A stretch of 64,000 nt of DNA from an uncultured Candidatus Saccharibacteria bacterium (GTDB lineage: Bacteria > Patescibacteriota > Saccharimonadia > Saccharimonadales > Saccharimonadaceae), in contig CAYLUF010000001.1 of the NCBI GenBank assembly GCA_964386855.1, forward strand, positions 56,493-120,492, read 5' to 3'. The position numbers and the translations under genes were made by a program. Below, piece after piece: positions 53,227 to 61,405 of the stretch (positions within the stretch are counted from its first letter, which is position 1; each line of letters opens with the position of its first letter). The notes beneath the pieces are model-generated. The model worked only from the letters and a program-made list of their open reading frames with translations. It made no database searches and had not been told where the DNA came from.

Positions 53227-54162
53227 CTAGAGGAAGATGAGGCCGACAACCAACGCAACAAGTGCGATAGGTGCCACTACGAAGAGAAGTATCCGCGTAG
53301 CGCTGGCGTGCATCTTTGTGATAGTAAGGGTCGCCTGCTCAACAGAGCCGGTCTGCTCAAACGTTTTCACGTAGATGCGCATCATGATGAAGCCAAAGGT
53401 CGCAAGACCACAGACCACAGATGCTGGCATGAGGAACGAAGACTGGACAAGTCCAAACATGAGCGATGCCCATATCTGCGTAGGAAGACTCCACTTCTCT
53501 GCTCCGTAATGGAACCAGTAGACTTTGTCTACGGCGTCGTAATCGAAGTAGGTCGTGGAGCTATTGTAGAGCCACGGTTTATGGAATTTCACACGCCTAT
53601 TTACAAGGGTGAGAAAGAGGCCCATAAGTATGCCGCCAACAATCAGTGCTCCGTATTCGCCCAGGAAGCCCTCGAAGAGGCCGGCGATGAACGTGTACGG
53701 GAAGACGCTCGCCCAGGGGAAGAGCACGTAAGTCATGACTGTGACCGCAGCGGCCGCAGCAAATGCCCAAAAGAGCTTCTTTGGTGCGGCGGGCACGGTG
53801 CGCATAACGTCCTTGGTAGGATGCACTACGGTCTCGTGGTCTGGAAGTGCAGGAAGCAGGTTGCTGATGAAGCCGAAAAGTCCCTTGACGGGACGGCGGT
53901 ACATCTTGCGCTTGCGCTCCTGGCAGTTCATGAGCTCGCGGTGGACGGTGTTGTAGTGACTGAGTGCGTCGCGCGTTGCATCAAGCAGCGGCATCATCTC
54001 ATCACTTCCGTAGTCGTCACGCCGTGAAAGCTCATCTATCTTTGCCTGGAAGATGGTTATCTCCTCAGACGCAGAGGCGAGCTGGCGCTCAAGTTCGGTA
54101 ATCTCGTCGTCGATCTTGTAATTCATAAAGAACCACATCCTTAAAAAGTCGGACTTCAGCAA
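53227..54162 (-). CDS. Hypothetical membrane protein with N-terminal coiled coil (orphan)
   Basis: 311-aa ORF whose likely true start is MNYKIDDE at 54126. A coiled-coil head (ITELERQLASASEEITIFQAKIDEL) is followed by about 5 TM helices. Confidence 0.6.
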   Translation of the reverse strand: MLKSDFLRMWFFMNYKIDDEITELERQLASASEEITIFQAKIDELSRRDDYGSDEMMPLLDATRDALSHYNTVHRELMNCQERKRKMYRRPVKGLFGFISNLLPALPDHETVVHPTKDVMRTVPAAPKKLFWAFAAAAAVTVMTYVLFPWASVFPYTFIAGLFEGFLGEYGALIVGGILMGLFLTLVNRRVKFHKPWLYNSSTTYFDYDAVDKVYWFHYGAEKWSLPTQIWASLMFGLVQSSFLMPASVVCGLATFGFIMMRIYVKTFEQTGSVEQATLTITKMHASATRILLFVVAPIALVALVVGLIFL

Positions 54163-54256
54163 ACGGTGTGCTGAAGTGTGTCAAAGTACGGCAAAACGCG
54201 TAAGTACATTATACCACAAATGGCATAGATAATCAATAGCCTTCTAGAGGTGAGGG

Positions 54257-54763
54257 CTAATTATAGCCGAGGTGGATGCCCTGGAGGGCAAAGGCGGCGG
54301 TTGTAGTGTCGACGTACTCACGTGGGAGAGGGTCTTCAGTCCGCTCTGCGCGTGCGGTGAGTGTGTGAAGTGCTGCTGCGCCAAGGTTGGCAGGAATGTT
54401 GGGGTGCGCCAGGAGGAAGCCTTCTCTGAGGAGCCCAAGTGAGCCAGTTTCGGGGTGAGAAACATGGAGGCCATTCTCTCTATATGGCGTGACGATACCG
54501 CCAGTGACGTCGCCTTCAAGGAGGAGGAAGGGCTCTTCATTATTAGGGTTGAAAAGGTAGCCAATCAATCCTGTTCGCCCTACTTCGGTCTGAATACGTG
54601 CGGTCTGGAAGTGGAATTCTGCGGCGTTGAGGCCTTCTCTAGACTCAAGTTGTGCAGCCATAAGATACTGCTCGTTTGAGCGAAGATCTTCTTCGTGCAC
54701 GCGCTCGGACTGAGCTTGTTTGTAGGTTTCAAGTGAGACGCGGTTGAAGATGGGTTGGCTCAT
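54257..54763 (-). CDS. Hypothetical protein
   Basis: 168-aa ORF overlapping the rdgB stop by 4 nt. No domain recognised. Confidence 0.5.
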   Translation of the reverse strand: MSQPIFNRVSLETYKQAQSERVHEEDLRSNEQYLMAAQLESREGLNAAEFHFQTARIQTEVGRTGLIGYLFNPNNEEPFLLLEGDVTGGIVTPYRENGLHVSHPETGSLGLLREGFLLAHPNIPANLGAAALHTLTARAERTEDPLPREYVDTTTAAFALQGIHLGYN

Positions 54764-55323
54764 ATAGTGTTATTGTACCACGTTCCAAACTGCTTCCAAT
54801 GCTGAAGATCTTCGCCGGCGGAAGCCACCTCCCCTGCCGCAATTTGTTCGGCCATTGTTTGGCCGCCGTAGAGGCTGACGACGCGCTCAATTGACACGCC
54901 CTGCCCTTCTGGGCCGCGTGCTTCGGCGGTAAATGCACCGGTGTAGATGTGCATGAAGTGCTGGAGATTTTCGCCGTCAAAATACGCCAGGTGTTCATGA
55001 CATTCAATGGTTGTATCTGCGTGGCGCGCCATGAGCGCAAGCCAGTCGTCTGCCTGAAGCCAGCCAGCGACATCTTTCATATAGCCGCCCGGAAAGCCAT
55101 TAAGCGCCGGAATTGCCCAGCTCGTATCAGATACAACCACCGGCACTTTTGTCACCTCGTACGCGGCCCGTGCTTTAGCTTTGACGATTTCTGACGGGTC
55201 TTGATGCTGGATTTCGTCAATATCAAGTGCCACAGGGCTGACGCTGAGGTTGAGGGGCGCAAGCGTGGCGTTTGCTTCACTGATTTTACGGGAATTGGTG
55301 GTGGCAAAGAGGACTGATCTCAT
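54760..55323 (-). CDS. rdgB: Non-canonical purine NTP pyrophosphatase (RdgB/HAM1 family)
   Basis: 187 aa. FATTNSRKISEA and NGFPGGYMKD match the Ham1 pattern. Confidence 0.75.
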   Translation of the reverse strand: MRSVLFATTNSRKISEANATLAPLNLSVSPVALDIDEIQHQDPSEIVKAKARAAYEVTKVPVVVSDTSWAIPALNGFPGGYMKDVAGWLQADDWLALMARHADTTIECHEHLAYFDGENLQHFMHIYTGAFTAEARGPEGQGVSIERVVSLYGGQTMAEQIAAGEVASAGEDLQHWKQFGTWYNNTI

Positions 55324-55345
55324 ACCGTTATAGTAGCAGACGGTA

Positions 55346-55354
55346 TGCTAGAGT
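55346..55354 (+). promoter_or_regulatory. Extended -10 (TGcTAGAGT), leaderless-type
   Basis: TAGAGT at 55349-55354 ends 6 nt before the ATG at 55361. Confidence 0.4.
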
Positions 55355-55360
55355 AATAGT

Positions 55361-56035
55361 ATGAAGCTTGCTATTTTTGTCTCAACGATTGCTGATGGAT
55401 CAATGAAGTCTTTAACGGGTGATTTCCGTGAAGCGCAAGACGCGCGCACTCAATTCTTAAATAAAAATGAAATTCAGGTAGATCAGACGACGCTCTTGCA
55501 GGTGGTGTATGAGGGTGAAGACTATCGCCGGTATAAGACTGTTGGTGGCGTTGATGGTGGCGATGGGATTACGCGCCCAGCCTCTATTGTGAGTGATGCG
55601 CTATTGACGCGTGATGCTGATCACGCACTCCTCCTTCCTATTGCCGACTGTGCTCCGCTGGTTATTTTTGATGAAACAACAGGCGCGATGATGCTTTCGC
55701 ACTTGGGGCGGCAGAGCGTTGAGCAGGACGGCGGCCGTGGTTCTGTGGAGTATTTTATCCGTGAAACAGGCGCCTCCCTTCCCTCTTTGAAGGTGTGGCT
55801 TGGGCCGGCGGCTGGTGCGGAAAACTACCCCGTATGGGCGATGGAAAACAGAGGCTTACATGAGATTATTCTTGAACAGCTGAAGGGTGTGGGAGTTTCT
55901 AGCGGCCAGGTTGAAGAGATGCTTATAGATGTAACAAAAGACCCTCAGTACTATTCTCATAGTAATTTCCTTAAGGGTCTTCAGGATGATATAGGTGACG
56001 GCCGCTTTGCGGTTGTGGCCGTAACGCAAGATTAG
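55361..56035 (+). CDS. pgeF: YfiH/PgeF (DUF152, laccase-domain) family protein
   Basis: 224 aa. DALLTRDADHALLLPIADCAPLVIFD and SHLGRQS resemble the conserved His/Cys/His core. Confidence 0.7.
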   Translation: MKLAIFVSTIADGSMKSLTGDFREAQDARTQFLNKNEIQVDQTTLLQVVYEGEDYRRYKTVGGVDGGDGITRPASIVSDALLTRDADHALLLPIADCAPLVIFDETTGAMMLSHLGRQSVEQDGGRGSVEYFIRETGASLPSLKVWLGPAAGAENYPVWAMENRGLHEIILEQLKGVGVSSGQVEEMLIDVTKDPQYYSHSNFLKGLQDDIGDGRFAVVAVTQD

Positions 56036-56038
56036 CGC

Positions 56039-56497
56039 TTAGCGCGCTTCGTATTCAGCGATTTGCCCGATGCGGCGGACGTGACGTTCTTCACTAGTAA
56101 ATGGCTCTGCTACAAAGGTATCAATAAGCTGGAGGACTTCTTCCTGTGTGTGCTGACGGGCACCAATAGAGATGACGTTGGCGTTGTTGTGTTGGCGTGC
56201 CAAACGCGAGGTGTCTTCATTCCAGACAAGCGCCGCGCGGATGCCAGCTACTTTATTAGCGGCGATTTGCTCACCATTTCCAGAGCCACCAAAGACAACA
56301 CCAAGGGCTTCGCTGCCCGCTTCTTGGTCTTTTGCAACCGCCTCTGCGGCAGAAATAATGAACCCAGGGTAGTCATCTTCGGCATCGTATTCATACGCAC
56401 CGTGATCAATGACGTTGTGCCCTTTTTGCGTGAGATGCTCTGCAATCACGTCTTTGAGTTCAAGACCAGCGTGGTCGGTGGCGATATGGATAATCAT
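56039..56497 (-). CDS. rpiB: Ribose-5-phosphate isomerase B
   Basis: 152 aa. IATDHAGLELK, GSGNGEQIAANK and NANVISIGAR. Confidence 0.9.
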   Translation of the reverse strand: MIIHIATDHAGLELKDVIAEHLTQKGHNVIDHGAYEYDAEDDYPGFIISAAEAVAKDQEAGSEALGVVFGGSGNGEQIAANKVAGIRAALVWNEDTSRLARQHNNANVISIGARQHTQEEVLQLIDTFVAEPFTSEERHVRRIGQIAEYEAR

Positions 56498-56614
56498 ATC
56501 CCCAGTATAGCACGAGGAGTTGAGCGGAGTGAGCCTAACTGAGGTCGATTAGCTTTATCTTCAGATATAGCGCATAATAGAGAGAACACGTGTACATATT
56601 GCAAAGGAGTAAAT

Positions 56615-56824
56615 ATGACATTAGATGACGCGCGAGATGCGCTTACGGCAATGCAGGATGACCCTGCGCTTATTACGGAGTCTCGATATAGTCCATTAGC
56701 GGTTGATTACCCAGACAACCAACTTCCCTTTGTGGAGATTCACATGGCGTACCTACGCAAGAATAAAGCGGTGAGTCCAAGCGCGTATATCTCTAATCTT
56801 GGGATTATGATTAAGAAGCGCTAG
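56615..56824 (+). CDS. Hypothetical small protein
   Basis: 69 aa with SD AAAGGAG 6 nt upstream. The 3' end overlaps the convergent ABC gene by 14 nt. Confidence 0.5.
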   Translation: MTLDDARDALTAMQDDPALITESRYSPLAVDYPDNQLPFVEIHMAYLRKNKAVSPSAYISNLGIMIKKR

Positions 56825-57524
56825 GCTTCTTGTGATCTTTGCGGCGATTCAGTTCGCCGTCATGCATTTCATACACAGCATCACAGTATTTAAGAAGACG
56901 TTCATCATGAGTAACGATGATGGTTGCCTTCTTGCGCTCGTGCGTTTCATGGGCAAGGAGTGAGATCACCTCAAAGGCGCGGGTAGAATCAAGGCTAGCG
57001 GTTGGTTCGTCTGCCAGGATGAGGCTTGAGGTCCCGTAAAGTACCTTCGCAATGGCCACACGCTGGCGTTCACCACCAGAAAGATCACTGGGATATTTGT
57101 TGCGGAGCTTTTCAATCTGAAGGGTCTTAAAGAGGTCCTTTTTGACGTCATTTTCTGCTGGGCGCTTGGTGACTTTATCAATCAGCTTGAGTTGCTTCTC
57201 TACTGTGAGGAACGGAACAAGGTTTGATGCTTGCAGGATAAACCCAACAGTATTCAGGCGGACGGCTGAGAGCGCCTTCTGTGAGAGTTTTGTGATGTTC
57301 TTGCCCTGAATTGTTACTGTACCGCTGGAAGGGTTCTGGAGGCCTCCTGCGATGGTCAGGAAGGTGGTCTTACCCGAACCTGATGGTCCAATGACGGCAA
57401 CCATCTCCCCTGCTTTCACGCTGAAGTTTGTTTTCTTGAGCGCTACGATTTTTTGGCCGGCCTGGTGAAAGGTCCGTGAAACGCCCTTTAGTTCAAGAAT
57501 AGTTTCATTTTTTTGAGTAGTCAT
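56811..57524 (-). CDS. ABC transporter ATP-binding protein
   Basis: 237 aa. Walker A GPSGSGKTT, LSGGERQR, LILADEPTASLD. Confidence 0.9.
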   Translation of the reverse strand: MTTQKNETILELKGVSRTFHQAGQKIVALKKTNFSVKAGEMVAVIGPSGSGKTTFLTIAGGLQNPSSGTVTIQGKNITKLSQKALSAVRLNTVGFILQASNLVPFLTVEKQLKLIDKVTKRPAENDVKKDLFKTLQIEKLRNKYPSDLSGGERQRVAIAKVLYGTSSLILADEPTASLDSTRAFEVISLLAHETHERKKATIIVTHDERLLKYCDAVYEMHDGELNRRKDHKKPSAS

Positions 57525-58600
57525 TATCCAATCGCCTCCACAGGGTCAATCTTAGTAACGGAGCGAACTGACGCTAATGCGCCCAATGCTGCACAAGCAA
57601 GGAAGAGCGCACTGATGGCGGCAAAGAAGGTTGGGTTGACGGCAAACGGTACTTTGCCTTCTAGGAGTGCGCCGGTGAGGAGTGCAAGCCCCATACCAAT
57701 AAGGAGGCCGCCGACAGAGAGGATGCCGACCTGAATGATCACGGAGTTGGCGATGTAGCGGTTTGGTACACCTTCTGCTTTAAGGACTCCGAAGATTCCC
57801 TTCTTTTGGAGTGTGAGGATGTAGATGAAGATGGCAAGGACGAAGGCTGCGATGCCAATGAGGAAGCCAATCATAAGGCTAAATGTGAGCACTTGTGCTT
57901 GGTAGCCTGGGAGGGTGTTGATGAAGTCTTTGATGGTTTGGGTTTGGAGGGGCGCTTCTACCTGCGTTGCTTCCTTGAGAATTACGGCGTTGATTGAGGT
58001 ATCATCACGCATGCCAATCATGCCTGAGGCTGCGCTGGCAGCTTCGCGCCAGTCATTGAGTGACATGTAGACAACGGGTGCGGTTTGGAAGCTGGCTTTT
58101 GTTGTAACGCCTACAACGGTGTACTTTTCTTCTTCGCCTTGGAGGGTGAAGGTGTCATTAAGGTTGAGGCCGATGATTGAGAGTTCGTCGCTGACGATGA
58201 CTTCGTTGGCATTTTCAATCTGGCGGCCTTCAGAGAGGTCTGGGGCGATGAAGCTTTTTGTATCAATACCAAAGAGTGAAACGTCGTCTGACTCGTCTTT
58301 TTCAAGGGTAGCGACGCCCACGCCGAGTGGTGCGGCGGTAGCCGTGGCTTTGTCTGCCTCTGGGAGAAGCTGCTGGTAGTCTGAATGTGTGAGGATGGAG
58401 CGACCGATGGTGCTATTGGCGTTGTCATTGAGGGCAATGCTATGTGCGCCCCATTTATCTACTGCCTGGGTGTAGCTGGTTGCAAGGCCGTACGCAAGGG
58501 CAAGGAGGAAAAATACCAGATAGCTGACAAGAATAATAACAATGGTAATCAGCGCGAAGCGTGACTTTTCCTTGAGGAGTTCGTTAATTGCTAGAAACAT
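57524..58600 (-). CDS. ABC transporter permease, FtsX-type
   Basis: 358 aa. N-terminal TM, an external domain and a C-terminal 3-TM FtsX module. One-nt stop/start overlap with the ATPase gene. Confidence 0.85.
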   Translation of the reverse strand: MFLAINELLKEKSRFALITIVIILVSYLVFFLLALAYGLATSYTQAVDKWGAHSIALNDNANSTIGRSILTHSDYQQLLPEADKATATAAPLGVGVATLEKDESDDVSLFGIDTKSFIAPDLSEGRQIENANEVIVSDELSIIGLNLNDTFTLQGEEEKYTVVGVTTKASFQTAPVVYMSLNDWREAASAASGMIGMRDDTSINAVILKEATQVEAPLQTQTIKDFINTLPGYQAQVLTFSLMIGFLIGIAAFVLAIFIYILTLQKKGIFGVLKAEGVPNRYIANSVIIQVGILSVGGLLIGMGLALLTGALLEGKVPFAVNPTFFAAISALFLACAALGALASVRSVTKIDPVEAIG

Positions 58601-58628
58601 GTAGTTAGTATAGCATTAAATGCGCACG

Positions 58629-59246
58629 TCAGGGCTGGTTTAGGTATGACACTACGTCTTGGCGAGCTGCTGTAAATGCCTTGATAATGTCGGTATCTGT
58701 CATTGCGCTAGGATTTCTTAGTCTTACGAGGGGTATTCGAGCGCTACGGAAAATTTCGTTCACAAAATCATCACGATTTACTCTTGTTGATATGTCATGT
58801 GTTCGATCGTCAAGCTCAATGGCGAAACTGGTTATGAGGCTTTCTTTATTTACGAGGACGAAATCGACGGATTTGCGTTGAATTTTTGATAGTGCGGCGC
58901 GCCAGTCCTGGCCGTTCTTTACCTCATGACTCAGGAGAGAAGAGAGGTGTATTTGAGGGAATATATAATACTTACTCCCCACCACCCTTTCGAGGCGTCT
59001 GAAGAGTGCGGCCTCTGCTTTTGTCATGATAAAGTTCTTACGCTCGTATTTATAAAGGGATACCGGCTGTATTACTGTAGGTTGGATGTGCGCGGAAGAA
59101 TATGCGGCTTGTGTAATATGCTTTATCCGCTTACGCTCACTTCTACCCCTGGCGTCGTACTCTCTATTCTTGCGCGCAATAGGTTGCGTTGCTGCGATGA
59201 TAGTTGCAGCAATAAGGATTATGACAATTACAATCAGTGTTTCCAT
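58629..59246 (-). CDS. DUF2726-like (NERD/PD-(D/E)xK-like) protein with N-terminal TM
   Basis: 205 aa. TM METLIVIVIILIAATIIAA. The core YYIFPQIHLSSLL...KSVDFVLVNKESLITSFAIELDDRTHD...RDDFVNEIFRSARIPLVRL fits the DUF2726 pattern. Confidence 0.65.
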   Translation of the reverse strand: METLIVIVIILIAATIIAATQPIARKNREYDARGRSERKRIKHITQAAYSSAHIQPTVIQPVSLYKYERKNFIMTKAEAALFRRLERVVGSKYYIFPQIHLSSLLSHEVKNGQDWRAALSKIQRKSVDFVLVNKESLITSFAIELDDRTHDISTRVNRDDFVNEIFRSARIPLVRLRNPSAMTDTDIIKAFTAARQDVVSYLNQP

Positions 59247-59280
59247 TTTTTATTTTCGTTTAAGAATTTATTCTAAATAC

Positions 59281-59286
59281 AGTATA
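59281..59286 (-). promoter_or_regulatory. -10 element TATACT (minus strand) for the DUF2726 gene
   Basis: The minus strand reads GGCTATACT immediately after the stop of the 194-aa gene, about 35 nt upstream of the ATG at 59246. Confidence 0.4.
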
Positions 59287-59288
59287 GC

Positions 59289-59873
59289 CTATTCAGCCCA
59301 ATGTGTCTGGTAGAACTCCGTCACCCCTGCTCCATGGCTAATTGCATAGTGATGCTGCTTGAGTTCATCGCCAATGGCGTGGATATGGATGATAGATTGC
59401 AATCCACCCCTGAGAATGACCGTAGGTTCTCCGTAGCTTTCTATTTCACCAGAGTGTTTTGCGCGTGCAGAGACCATGTGCGCCGCTTTCATAGAGAGCG
59501 CATCTTTATGGTGAGAAATAGCTTCTATCGGAGCGGCCTCACTCCCCTTTTCGTAGCCGTCAATGCGCCGACCCATCATGGTGAAGAGCTCGGTGTGGCC
59601 AAGTGTGTACGGCTGCACCTCTGCGCCCAAAAGCCGCGCCAAGTCTTTGGCGGTTTTTTCGCAGCTATCTACAGAGGGCTCCTCGTACCCTTCCCTACTA
59701 TCGGGCCAAAGCATAAGAATAAGTTCAGAATCTTCCGGCACCCAACCGGCGGTGACAGTGTTGCGGCTTTCGGCGACGTAGGTATTGATGACGCCTTGGA
59801 GGATTTCTGCGGTGTAGGTATCCGCAAGCTTAAGTGATGTCATCCAGAGTGGTGTGGTGGAGAGAAGGTGCAT
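59289..59873 (-). CDS. Hypothetical protein
   Basis: 194-aa ORF. No domain recognised. Confidence 0.5.
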   Translation of the reverse strand: MHLLSTTPLWMTSLKLADTYTAEILQGVINTYVAESRNTVTAGWVPEDSELILMLWPDSREGYEEPSVDSCEKTAKDLARLLGAEVQPYTLGHTELFTMMGRRIDGYEKGSEAAPIEAISHHKDALSMKAAHMVSARAKHSGEIESYGEPTVILRGGLQSIIHIHAIGDELKQHHYAISHGAGVTEFYQTHWAE

Positions 59874-59877
59874 GTCT

Positions 59878-60609
59878 CTATTGTACCGCTTCTGCTGATT
59901 TAATGAACTGTTTCTTCATAAAGTTAGGCTGGCGAAGTTTCTCGAAGGATTTTGTGACGCCACGCTGCAGGATGGCGCCGTAGACTGGCATTGGCGTGAT
60001 GCGCGCAAAGCTGACAAATTCTTTGAGTGAATGCCGAGCAAGTGCAGTAGCTGTGTGAAGGTTAGGCTGGATGTTCATATTGCCTTCATTGTGGTCGCGG
60101 ATAAGATCTGAAAGTGTATCCACGGCGTAGGCGGTTCGCCCCATCTGCTCTAGCCAGACGTTAAATATTTCACGCTGCGGATAGTCTGGGCGCGCCAGGG
60201 TATTTTCTACTTTGAGGACGTCAGACATGAGAATAGATTCTGTGGATATGACCTCTATGTACTCGCCCACTGTTTCGGCTTCAAGGCGCTTCAGAGCGAA
60301 GTTGCCTAGTTTTGTAGCGGCGTTTTGCCAGCGCTCCTTCGAAGTTTCGCTTAAATTACGGTAGGTTTCACGGACGAAGTTAGTTTCGTCTTCTGTGAGG
60401 TATGGCATCTGGCTGCCCGCTAGGAGCTGCTCCGTATAGAAGGAGGTGTCATAGATGTGATCTTCATCTACAAGGGTATCCAGTACCTTCGCCATTGTAA
60501 AGGCCGCCGACCAGTTACGCGTATCTTCTGCGTCGACGCCTACGTGAAATGCCTCCGCAGATGACGCAATCAGCTGTGTAGATTTGTGGTGGGGGTATTG
60601 TCGCTCCAT
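59878..60609 (-). CDS. Hypothetical protein; weak resemblance to class I isoprenoid synthase (squalene/phytoene synthase-like) motifs
   Basis: 243 aa and all-helical. Two DxxxD motifs (VLDTLVDED and AVDTLSDLIRDHNEG), the second resembling the LRD..ED box. Not searched. Confidence 0.3.
   Translation of the reverse strand: MERQYPHHKSTQLIASSAEAFHVGVDAEDTRNWSAAFTMAKVLDTLVDEDHIYDTSFYTEQLLAGSQMPYLTEDETNFVRETYRNLSETSKERWQNAATKLGNFALKRLEAETVGEYIEVISTESILMSDVLKVENTLARPDYPQREIFNVWLEQMGRTAYAVDTLSDLIRDHNEGNMNIQPNLHTATALARHSLKEFVSFARITPMPVYGAILQRGVTKSFEKLRQPNFMKKQFIKSAEAVQ
59880..59885 (-). promoter_or_regulatory. -10 element TACAAT (minus strand), leaderless-type, embedded in the end of the 243-aa CDS
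   Basis: The minus strand reads GGTACAAT and ends 6 nt before the ATG at 59873. Confidence 0.4.
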
Positions 60610-61106
60610 TATCGGTCTCTTTCAAAATGGCAGGTGTAGCCGCCGGGATTTTTCTGGAGGTATTCTTGGTGGTAGTCTTCTGCTGACCAGAACTGCGTAA
60701 GGGGTTCTAGCGTGGTGACGATGGGGTCCTGCCAGTGTCGCTGGTTGCGTGCAATTGCCTCCTGCGCGGCTGCTTTCTGGGTCTCATCTGCGTAAAAGAT
60801 GGCCGAGCGATAGCTGCTGCCGACGTCATTGCCTTGGCGATTGAGCGTGGTGGGATTGTGGATGCGGAAAAAGTAATCTAGAAGTGTGTCTTCGGTGGTG
60901 TGGGTGGGGTTAAATGTGAGCGCAAGCGCCTCGGCGTGCCCGGGGTGGTTTTGATAGGTGGGGTTGTCATTTTTGCCGCCAGCATAGCCGACTTCGGTAG
61001 AAATGACCCCCGGCTGCATGCGGAAGAGATCTTCCATTCCCCAGAAGCAACCACCAGCGAATACAAGGGTGTTTGCGTCTTGGATGGTGCCTTTGGGTTT
61101 CTTCAT
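60609..61106 (-). CDS. msrA: Peptide methionine (S)-sulfoxide reductase MsrA
   Basis: GGCFWGMEDLF active site, YAGG and GHAE motifs. Start at MKKPKG with SD AAGGGAG; the track extends to 61316. Confidence 0.9.
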   Translation of the reverse strand: MKKPKGTIQDANTLVFAGGCFWGMEDLFRMQPGVISTEVGYAGGKNDNPTYQNHPGHAEALALTFNPTHTTEDTLLDYFFRIHNPTTLNRQGNDVGSSYRSAIFYADETQKAAAQEAIARNQRHWQDPIVTTLEPLTQFWSAEDYHQEYLQKNPGGYTCHFERDR

Positions 61107-61186
61107 ACTCCCTTTAGTATGACAGGAGATTGTTGAATAGTCATGAGCTATAGGTGAATTCCCTAGGGTCTTAGCGTATTTTTTCT

Positions 61187-61215
61187 TTGCGCATAGAGGT
61201 AGAATCGAGTATAAT
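61187..61215 (+). promoter_or_regulatory. Sigma70-type promoter of the small basic ORF
   Basis: TTGCGC (61187-92), a 17-nt spacer and TATAAT (61210-15). Confidence 0.55.
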
Positions 61216-61239
61216 AGACTGTGAAGTAAAAGGAGCCCT

Positions 61240-61332
61240 ATGGCTAAACAACGAAACCAGCACGCCGCTGATATCAAGCGCGCACGCAAGAAGAAGCTAA
61301 AGTCTGCAAAGATCAAGGCTCAGCGAAGCTAA
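61240..61332 (+). CDS. Small highly basic protein (30 aa), not in the ORF track
   Basis: MAKQRNQHAADIKRARKKKLKSAKIKAQRS. SD AAAGGAG lies 5 nt upstream, and the ORF has its own promoter and terminator. Confidence 0.55.
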   Translation: MAKQRNQHAADIKRARKKKLKSAKIKAQRS

Positions 61333-61335
61333 TAA

Positions 61336-61366
61336 AAACCGCCTGTTAAACCGGGCGGTTTTTTGT
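61336..61366 (+). terminator. Intrinsic terminator of the small ORF
   Basis: Stem ACCGCC / GGCGGT followed by TTTTTTGTTT. Confidence 0.75.
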
Positions 61367-61393
61367 TTCACTAGGGATATATTTATTTGGACG

Positions 61394-61399
61394 TATACT
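61394..61399 (+). promoter_or_regulatory. -10 element TATACT, leaderless-type
   Basis: It ends 6 nt before the ATG at 61406. Confidence 0.5.
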
Positions 61400-61405
61400 A
61401 AGAGC

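Noticed and set aside
53113-54027. 304-aa plus-strand ORF
   Set aside because: It lies antisense to the 53227-54162 membrane-protein gene and begins inside the terminator region. Its translation is rich in R/H/C/E with no TM or domain logic, whereas the minus-strand product has coherent coiled-coil and TM segments. It is a shadow ORF produced by locally high GC.
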